Below, in pieces: positions 53,966-64,000 of a stretch of 64,000 nt of DNA. The first letter of the stretch is position 1. Each line of letters opens with the position of its first letter. Made by a program: the position numbers and the translations under genes. The stretch is from Kudoa neothunni (lineage: Eukaryota; Animalia; Cnidaria), in NCBI GenBank assembly GCA_964304625.1, contig OZ199840.1, positions 10,177,220-10,241,219 of the forward strand, written 5' to 3'. The notes beneath the pieces were generated by a model. The model worked only from the letters and a program-made list of their open reading frames with translations. It ran no database searches and was not told the DNA's origin.

Positions 53966-54431
53966 CCTTCCGATGGACTTTGGGGTAATTTTCTACCCTA
54001 CAATTTTTTTTGCTAAAATTAAAGAAGAAATAATTTTTAGCGTAAGTGGTGAGTTTTAGGATTTTCTATAGCCTAGATTTTACGATGTAACACTTTTCAT
54101 ACTGTAAATAGATCACGTGATTTCATATAAAAAACGCTTTTTGCTGTTAATTTTCGGAGGGAGTTTTTGAAATGATGGTGAAATTATTATATGGCTTATT
54201 AAAGGAGAAAATCGTGGAAACCAAAAACCTTAAACCGCCTTCAATCCTTATTACAAGAAAATGGGTTAAAAAATCAACGTTGTGTGCGCGCGCGATTTAC
54301 AATAAATTTTTTAATATAAAATATTTAAAAAGAAATGCATAGGATATTAAATGCCATTACTTCCGACGTAAGGAGATATATGAATTTTAAAATCGTATTC
54401 GGGTAGATTCTACCCCAAGATCATCGGAGGG
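53966..54431. mobile_element. piggyBac-type MITE
   Basis: Imperfect ~30-bp TIRs CCTTCCGATG..TTGGGGTA..TCTACCC / GGGTAGATTCTACCCCAAGATCATCGGAGGG followed by TTAA. Confidence 0.75.
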
Positions 54432-55703
54432 TTAAATGCAGTCAAAACTATACCTACATGGATATTATGATCCATGTCGATAGCCACTTCCCCAAAATTA
54501 TTATTTTATGTCTATAATATGTAAATGTAGAGAATATTACATTCGCATTTGTGAGTTTTGTGAGCATGTATGCGGGGAACAAATTGTTGCTTAATTTAAA
54601 TTTATTATTAATTTATCTTGAATCGTTATGTACATTAAAAATTATTTTATTCAATATAAAGTCAGAATGACTGCATTACCTCGGCAAAAAAGGTATCTTT
54701 AGTGTATATCAATTTTTTAACTAGGATTAAAAGAGTTTTATTATAGGACTGTATATTTGTCATAACATTTCAAACAACTTCTACAAATTGTAAACTTGTT
54801 CATTGAAATTATTAGTGTAAGCAATTATGGTAAGTAATGAATGTAAAATAAGAAAAGTAGTGCATTTTTATATAAATATGATTCCAATATTTTTCCATTA
54901 AAATATCCGTTTTTTTTAAACTTGTATACTAGATAATTTATCGTGCGGCCATTATTAAATCTGAATATTCACTCTTTTAAATAAATTATTTATGGAGAAA
55001 TCGACAATTTTAACGACAGAAAGGAACTATTTCTGGAGAAATTCAGTAAGGCATGATTAAGATTAAATAAGATGAAATTCAAAGTTTATACAGTAGGTTT
55101 AATATTGTTTATAAAGCCTAATTTCATATAAATCTAAAATAGTTGATTTATTTCTAAATATTATTATGAGAAACTTTTAACGCCGAGAGCATAATGTAAA
55201 AGTATATATTGATGCTAAAAATCGGGTTTAGTTAAGAAAGTACGCTTGTTGACTTATTATTTTATCATATTAAAGAGAGATTCGACGTAGTAAAAAATAA
55301 ACAGGTAATATGTAACGGTATCTATTTTTGTATAGATTCATATAGAATTTTACTAATTTTTTTCCACCCGATTTATAATCGAACCATAAATTTAACAAAT
55401 TGATTATTTTATATTTTTTTATAAATTTCAAAAATGTTGTCAAACTTTATTATAAGATAAATAATTATTATTTTTCTTTAATTTATATTTTTGGCGTTAT
55501 TGGGATTACACTTATTATGTCATTGCATGTATTCTCTTATTTTTTTAAATAAAATTAAATGTACCTATTAATCTTTTTTTATTGTTTAAATAATTATTAT
55601 TAGAAAATGCATGCGTACTTTGAGCAAACTTTAATTTGTTGTCATGTACAACAAAATAAAATCATTAAAGTACATGAAAAACGAGAAAAACTAGATTATA
55701 CTG

Positions 55704-56416
55704 CGATGTTTCCCAACTCTTTTCCTCTCCTCTCCCATTTTTTCTTAATAAACAATTCCACGACCCATATTTTTCAAAAGTATTTATTTTTCAATATAAA
55801 ATGTTTACAATTTTGATTCAAACGTCATATCACATTCAAATTTTCAAGTGGTTAATATATACTTTTTTTCTTACTAAAATTAAGTTATATTCTAGCATAT
55901 CCAATTAAATTTATCAATGGAACTTAGAATTAACACTTTTATTACTTCATCCCGTCAAAAATAGTGTTATGTGAAACTCGTTGTAATCTAATTCGCACTA
56001 AATAAGACTTTAAGGCATACAGGTCTTATTAAACCCAAAAGAAATAATATAGGAAAGAAAATAATCAATATTATATTGAGTTAAATCAAAAAAAGGGAGA
56101 TCACAATAATAAATAAGACAAGATTGGGATTAAAACCATTCTGCTTTTGTTCAAGTTAAGATCATTTGAATGATATCACTTATGTTTATATAATTAGTTA
56201 TTTCTTTTTGGGTTTTTTTATGACGTTAATAGTCACTTAAAAATGAACGAGATCGAGGTGTTGATTTCAAAATGCCTTACAATACCCAATATCTCATCAT
56301 TAACCGTGTCACATAAATACTCAGGATTTTCCACGTTTCACCAGAGGGGTTCATCAAACGTTCAACAATTTCTATTCCCCATCAAAATATTTCCACGCCC
56401 GCGTTGAGAAACACTG
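55704..56416. mobile_element. hAT-type MITE (same family as 14454 and 21644)
   Basis: Right TIR GTTGAGAAACACTG, TSD ttatactg/ttatacag, and internal similarity to the other copies. Confidence 0.75.
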
Positions 56417-56840
56417 TTATACAGCCATCAAACCATACAGAAATAGTACTTTAAATACGATTAATCTATAAAAAATATCTTAAACTTTATAGTTTTAACT
56501 AAATAATAGGAAAAAATGCAGTTTTTCGGTGGTTATTAAATAAACGAAGAAATATGTAACCAAGTTACAAAATAATGGTTATTTTAATCATCTACCAACC
56601 TATAATTTGATTATAATTAAGAACTTAAACAATATTAATACTATTTTAAAATAACAAATAAATAAAATTACTGACTCAAACAATTCTAATAATTTACTTT
56701 CATGGGTATATTTGATTATTGTCACGACCACGGAAATATGAACAAAGAAACAAATAAAAATAAAATACATTGATTAGAAAAAATATTATGAGCAGGAAAA
56801 ATTATAGATTTACACGGAGAATTTCCATATCTCCACTAAG

Positions 56841-57310
56841 TCAATAATCAGGAACCGGACTAATGTTGATGTGTCTTTCGGGATGAGACGGCTGGTTTGG
56901 CGTTTCGTAAGGGGGCGGAGGAACATCATTTTTCCCACTAGTGTAAACATCTGTCTTGCACGAGGTGTAAACTGGCGCTCTAACTTTAGGTAAAACTTCA
57001 TTAGTTGAGATTGGATGAATTCCTAACACAGCTATATGAGTCCTATCTTGCCGTGTTCCAAGCGGTAATATTTCTACGTATGTGCCGTGTGAATGATGAG
57101 TTGCTCCGTGATGATGGTTTCCTAAAAAATAAGATAAATTAACAGCTAAGAGACACACTTTGTGTTATATTTGGATTAGACGTGATAGAATCCTTTTGTT
57201 CACCTACCCCTAACGTTCCTTTCATATACTTGGATTACCCATCTGTAGAAATACCAAAGAAGGAGGAAAAACAAGAAAATAGGCAAACAGCTAAAGAGCA
57301 GTACACCCAT
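56841..57310 (-). CDS. Hypothetical small single-pass membrane protein with His-rich patch and PPxY motif; 2 exons
   Basis: MGVLLFSCLPIFLFFLLLWYFYRW..RNVR joins in frame through a GTAGG..TTTAG intron to GNHHHGATHHSHG...DVPPPPYETP. It forms a GC island in AT-rich DNA. Confidence 0.55.
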
Positions 57311-58959
57311 TTAATGAAGAGATGAGCTTGTTGTTAAACAAATAATGATTAGAGTCTCTAGGGTTAACTATAGATACTCGTAATTAATTCTTTCCACGAC
57401 AGGCTGAATGAATGGTGTTGATTATGCTATGTAACCTTATGATTCAAGGAAACTAATTATACGAATGTATTTTCAGACTGTGATTTTTTATATCGATGAA
57501 TCTTGATAAAAGGTTTTCTATTAATCAACCTAAAAAGGTGATATTACATTCACTAATGACTCTCCTTGATCACGTAGCAAAATATTGTTCTTATTTAATG
57601 TTAAAATGCCACCATACATGCTTACATTCAAACTTATTTAAAGCGGTTTTAAGTTTTTTAATGTTTATACTATCATATTTTTTTAAATGAATACGTTTTG
57701 GAATTTTATATGTATCAAATATTTTTCTGACTCAGTATTACATAATTAATCATAACAAAAATAATGTATTTAGAATATTAATCACAATTGTTAATGGTTC
57801 TTTTTCTAAAGATAAATTCATTTTCAAAGTGGTGAAAATATTGAGTTTTTATTTTTAGATTCTATGAAAAAGTAGAGATGGTTATTTTATCAGGGATTAA
57901 TATAGATCAACATCTATTAAAGAAGTTGAAGTCGGATAAAAAAATAAGCTGTTGTCATATGCTCAGGCAATTACAATTTAAAGGAAATGGCTATTGACAC
58001 GGGTCATAATATCCGACAGGTATAGCTTTTACTGTATTTAATTGTTTCTGGTCACCGGATTGCTCAAAGGAGTCAGAAATAATTAAATGTCGCAGATTTA
58101 AAAAAAAATAAATCTTCATACAACTTGTGTGTGAGTAAGAATTTTCCGGATTAAAAATTTATATTGCGCAAGCGTACATGTCGTTTGGGATTAAAGTTAG
58201 AGTGCCAACAGCTCCTGCCAACTTTATTAGCCAATAGACATAGACACAGCTACAAAATATCATTATCCCTCTGAGGAAAACCATGAGCTCCATGAGCCTA
58301 CGTAAGGATTAAACGGGGCCGGTTGGCGCTAAAATTGGTGTTCTTTGAGTCAAAGTCTTGCGTAAATTAAAAAAAATCCGATATATAATGATACGTACTA
58401 TTAAAAAATTTTTCATTATTTCTAACGCTAATCTTTTATATTAATTTTAAGGATTTACACGATTTCACTTTATCTAAGTATACCCCCAACTTGCGATATA
58501 CGATTTATTGGTCTTTTCAACTAATTTGGACGAGTTTTCAACTCAGATACTGAAATTTTAGAGTCATGCGAATCGCATGAATATTTGAAGGAAACGTCGG
58601 ATTATAGTTACGAATTTGACAGTTAATTAAACGGTAATTTGATATTTTGTGTAAAAGTATTGAGTAACGTTCAATTTTCCGTTAATAATAATGAGTTCAT
58701 TGGTGTAGAAAAGGAATTAAAAACAGGACAACATTGTAATCTTTATGGAGTTACCCCAGAAGCTATATTTTCAAGGATAAATCTGTTTTTTGATCTCCTA
58801 CTACAAAATTTGAAGAACCCCTCATCACAACATTATTGATAGTAATATTTAATAGAGGAACTCGGTTGATTCCTTGAATACACAAACATTACTCATTGTC
58901 TTGGTTGATTTAAAAAAAAAACTCGAAATGACAAAAGACTTAATTTTGTATACAAACTG

Positions 58960-59271
58960 TAAAAGTATGAACAACTAGATGATAAATGGAAACCCATAGA
59001 CCTTGTTGAACTGAAAGCATTCATAGGACTGCAACTTCTAGTCGCAACATGTAAATCAAACATGGAAAGCACATCCATTCTATGGGCTGAAATTCATAGT
59101 AGAGCATTGTTGCTTCGTGCAACCATGAATCGTTTAAGATTTAAAATAATTTTGGCTTACATTCGTTTTGACGAATATTGGAATAGAAATAATGCAAATG
59201 ACAAATTTTCGACAATAATGAAAATACTTAGCAATTCTCCGAACATTTTCAAGAAAAAATTGGCGCGGTAA
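58960..59271 (+). mobile_element. piggyBac transposase remnant
   Basis: KWKPIDLVELKAFIGL..LWA..RATMNRLRFKIILAYIRFDE..DKF. Confidence 0.75.
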
Positions 59272-59624
59272 AATTTAATCCCCAACGATCTTTTCGCATG
59301 CACACTCACAAATTTTATTCAGCAACTCTTACTACAAGTTGTTTTAAGATGTAATTTTTTAGCATCTGCTATATTTAATTATTTACCTTGCCAATAGCGA
59401 CTTCTTTAAAAATAATTCTATCGTTAAGGTAAAAATGTGAGTAACGAGTTTTCTTCGAATTTAAATTATGATCTTTTTAAAACTCAGAGACAATATTAAA
59501 ATTCTCTTTAAAGGTTATTTTTATGTTAAGGATTAGGATACAACGTCTTGCCAATATTGGCGATGTGAAAAGAGGGCTTGTAAAGGTAGTTTTACAATTA
59601 CTCCATTGGATGACATTTCGCATG

Positions 59625-60036
59625 TAAGACAGATAGCACACCGGTGTGACACTCGGACTCAGAACCTAGAGATAATGGGTTCGAATCCGCCGGTGATCAG
59701 ATTATAGCTTCCGTGTCGGTGGGTCTCTATCCCATATTTGGGAGCTGTGAAGTGGGGTGAATGTGAATAGGAGTTTGAATCTCCGGAACCCATCGAAAGG
59801 CAAATAATTTGCAGTTCCCACAGAGCCAACGTCCTTAAAGGGATGGGGTTTGGGGTGGTGGTCGCCCTGAGACGAGGATGTTTAGTGGGTTAAAGTCCCA
59901 CACTACCACATAAAGATAAGCGACGGGTTTCATGTTACGTCCTGCGGTGCCTAAAGCGTTAATGGAAGAGGTCTGACCAACCAGAATTCCACAATCTAAT
60001 AAGTTGCGCCAGGGGTTTTACCTTCTATAAAAAAAT
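59625..60036 (+). mobile_element. tRNA-derived SINE
   Basis: A-box-like TAGCACACCGG, B box GGTTCGAATCC, a 3' body shared with the other SINE copies, and an A-rich end. Confidence 0.75.
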
Positions 60037-63000
60037 AATGTGTCCTTAATATTCATTTAGGATCTACATGACCATCTGAAAAAGTTTTCGACTCCAAGAA
60101 ATCAGAAACTAAAGTTTTTCGTGCCAAGTGTTCATTGAAATTTATAGAACAAGAGAAAAAGTTACACCTCAATGGCGGCCTGTTTTTAATATTTTCTCCG
60201 TAATAGTTTTAAAATTTTATTGTAATTTGTATCTATTGACAAAGAAATTAAATATATTTGATGGAATATAACATCAAAATACACATTGAAAAATTTCGAA
60301 TAACGCTATTTTAAATAAATGTGATTTATTTTTATTCATAAAATATAATCGATCAAAGATTTTTATTAAAATATAATTTTTTGTAATTTTTAAATAATTA
60401 TAAACATATCTGAAAGGTTGAGAGATTAATTTAAGAACGTTATTCAGGGATTATTGTTGTGTATTATCCAATAAATCATTATTTATAAATTATATATCTA
60501 CTTCTACAAAATATATATACTAAAATTCAATCTGTTAGATTTCGTTTAAAAATCTTCAACTATAAATATTTTTAAGTATAGAATAGTTTTAAAAATGAGA
60601 AATTGCCAACAAATTGATAATTGATGCGCAAAAATTATTGATAAAGCATATTGATTATATCAATACATTAATTACAAATCAGATAGAAAACAAATTTTAA
60701 ATGCATTATAAAGATAGCGCATGAAATTTTTGTTTGGATATGATACAAATAGATAGGATCTTTAGTCAACTTTTATGTTTTCTGTAATTTGATGATACCG
60801 GTCGATAAAAACTTTGATAACAGTATAAATTTTAGAATCATCGTAACAAGGGGTCTCTAGTTTTGATGCTTATTAAAAAATCGACGCTAATATTGGCTAC
60901 TTTAGCATTCGTACATGCGTTGACGCCTTGAATTCAAATAAATTTTAAAAAAGGTCCCCCAGAAAAATTTTCTTATAGTAAAATAGCGATGATTATGAAC
61001 TACCAAAAAAATAGCAGAAACAAAATATTTTTAAATTTCGCTATTTTCAGGTATTAAAAAAATAGCTGACAGAGAAGAAATGCGATGAAATGTCTATTTT
61101 AACGAAATAAGTTTCTTTGACTTTATGCGGTCAAAAGTTTTACATTTTTCGAGGGTAATTTCATTTTCCAATATTAACAGATTAGACCATTTTAAACCGC
61201 TTCTAAGTTTGTGTATTCAACAAGAAGACTATCAATTTGTCCCATATTATGCCCCTTTAACTATTTTCGAATGATACCGGAAAATAGTCTTCAAAAATTT
61301 AATAAGAATTCAAGGATAAAAATTGTCAGAAATAAATTTTGATCGAAAAAAACTATCCTACTTATAACTAATCGTTTTTACGTAAAATATTATCTTCAGG
61401 CCTTAAAAAATTGGGAATGAAAGAGTTAAATAAAATAAACTATTATAATATATATCTTTTTTTCATCAAAACATTAAAAATTATTTACAGTTAAAATAAT
61501 ATTATGGAAATATTAATTTAATAAAATAAATGATTCGTTCAGTAAATATTTCTAAGGGTATAGGTTGGATTTATGATAGAATTTAAAGAAAACTTATTCA
61601 AGAAACTTATACATTTAAAGAAAAAAAATAATTTTATATTCTAAATACAATTTAAATTATAGCGGTGATTTGATAATTAGGGAAATTAGAAGTGTTTGTA
61701 TTTTTTACAATATAATGTAAGGTTTTATATAACAAAAAATGATTTAAATAATACTTAAACTTTGTTATTTTTTTGTTTTTATATTTCAAATTTAAATGGA
61801 GTGGTTATTTTGGAAAATACCTACATTAAAATCTACCATTTTATTGAACCTTAATTTTAACACATATTTATTAGGTTTTCAAGATAAATAACAAGTGATG
61901 AACAACAAATGGCATTTTACCCCTAAAACGCTAAATAAATATCCACTGAATCGTGTTTAGATGGTTTGGTGAAGTTCAATTTTTTTCGTTCTACACAACT
62001 GTAAAGTAATGAAAAGGTTAGGTTAAGCAGTTGGGTAGGACATAATGGGTGATTCCCTTGAGAAGAGGTAAGCCATCTAAGACGATAAGAAAAAGATGGT
62101 CGAGGAATATTATGGGAATATATTTGTATCAGTTATCTACAATATATTATAAATTATCCGTATAAACATGTTGAAATTACATCGGCACAGTTTAACCGCC
62201 ATTAATCATTGGAGTCGTCCTTCACAGCTTTATTCGTACGATGGAGGCGGATTTTGGCCGCTGTAAGCAGTCAACTCTTGGGCTATATATTTTGGGGCTC
62301 GTGGTGGATTGTTCGAAAATTTTATTTGATTATGGTTAGCAAATTGTGGGGTTGGTAAGTTCCTAGAACTACTCCCTAAATGTATTGTTTCAAATATTGA
62401 CCCACATTAATTAGCCCTTATCCACAAACATTTAAGGAATTAAAACTCACCCGAAAAAATAAAACATTTACAACTGTATTTGACAACAAAAACGATGAAC
62501 ACTATCAAATATATGCAAAACAGAATCGTTGTAAATATTATGACCATATTGTAGGTCAAATTCACCTATTTTTTCATCAAAGCTATATCGGCACTGATTT
62601 TAAATGGAGAAATTACTTTTAGATTCATTATGGTTTTTGGAGGTGGATTATAGTTTTATCAGTAACTTTCTTAATATAAATACATTTAAGTTACGCAATA
62701 CCTATCTGAATACATTTTCAACAGTTATTCATTACTTGGTCCTGCTATGATTATTATTAATTTATGAGAAACAAACTTTATTAGTGGGATCCACTTAAAG
62801 GGTAGCCGACTACCTAATCAAAATATTTACCTAATAATTAAAGTAACACTTGGGCTCATCTGATAAACTCTTTAATCTCATACTACGTGAAATTGTAGAT
62901 TGTATTTATTGGATTGATATCTTAACAAATATAATGCTGAAAAAACGTAAAACCATTATACGAAATTTTTTACCATAGAAAAGTATGATTTTATTTATTG

Positions 63001-63910
63001 ACTTTTTCAATAAGCAGAAATAATATTCAAGCATTGGTATATATCATCTAATCCATGTAAGTTAAATCTTCTTTTCTCAAAAGAAATACATCATACGGAT
63101 TTGTATACATTACTAAAAAATTTCCTTGGACTTATTTTACTCCAATTAAATATAACAATTTTTGTTCCATAATTGAATTTTAAGTTATTATACTTGATAA
63201 ATTTTATGTATGGATTGTTGAGGAATCTGCCAACATTATACTAATGAGAAGGAAAAAACGAACGTGATAGGGAATTGGGATCATTTCTGAATAAAGTTTC
63301 CATATTTTTAAATTATATCAACAATTTAAAATGTGTAAGTATGTGAAAATTTCAATTAAGTCTAATAATAACGTTATTAATCGGCATAGGTTATTTATGT
63401 GGTAAATTTTAATCCTAAATTGCATATACGCATGCTCAATAATAATTATTAATCTTAGAAACTCTTACTCATAAACTGTATACAGATTTAATTTTTTAGG
63501 AGCTGTTATATATTATTTCTAGATCCTAAGAACGTAGTGGTTTTACAAAATAAAATACAATCAAAATTAGTGACACCTGAATATTATTTACTGTGCAAGT
63601 AGTCACTTTGTTATTAATTTCTATTCTAAATCGGATTTGGTTATTTCAAAATTATTTCGTGGTTGTATCCACCATTCAAATGGATAAAAATTTCGAATTA
63701 TCTCTGCAAATAATATCATTCAAATATTTCCGCAATCGAAGGATTAATTTGACTATAATAGATGTGTTACATTTAAAAATATGATTTTACCTTGAATGCC
63801 TTTAATCTTGACTGAAACTATTTTATACCTTCATACAGCAGATATAACATTAAATGATCAATCTCATGGCAAATTTTGGAATATGTTTCATACGGATTAA
63901 AAACATAATC

Positions 63911-64000
63911 CCCGGCATACGGATGACAAACGTTTCAAGCCTTGGACGGAGAATCGTACGGTCGCAAGTTCGAGACCTGTCCCGATTGGGCTACCACTTT
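63911..64000 (+). mobile_element. Probable SINE head truncated by the window edge
   Basis: GGTCGCAAGTTCGAGACCTGTCCCG resembles the heads near 21390 and 40480-40504(-). Confidence 0.45.

Noticed and set aside
59628-59700. Functional tRNA gene
   Set aside because: A and B boxes are present, but the acceptor and anticodon stems do not pair, and the sequence runs into a repeated SINE body.

Overview
AT-rich eukaryotic nuclear DNA, most likely a divergent animal (a reduced parasite such as a myxozoan is plausible but cannot be confirmed here). Most introns are GT-AG, about 40-55 nt, with very degenerate donors. Nine spliced or single-block genes were reconstructed by hand: PNUTS/PPP1R10, an IDH3 non-catalytic subunit head-to-head with a nucleophosmin-like gene, FRA10AC1, a highly divergent VDAC porin missed by the ORF track, NOC4L (with a frameshift), a secreted five-Kunitz-domain protein, eIF5B and a small membrane protein with a PPxY motif. 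Intergenic DNA is filled with decayed piggyBac, hAT, pogo/Tigger and Gypsy remnants, hAT and piggyBac MITEs (several nested, with target-site duplications), non-autonomous Helitrons, a modular tRNA-headed SINE family and minisatellites. The best unexplained signals are two multi-branched RNA-like folds of about 500 nt whose G-U pairs favour the sense strand: one fills IDH3 intron 1 and one lies directly upstream of the PNUTS start codon. Also notable is a 41-nt intron with a U12-type GTATCCTTT donor in FRA10AC1. All homology calls are from recalled family motifs, and all folds were found by eye.
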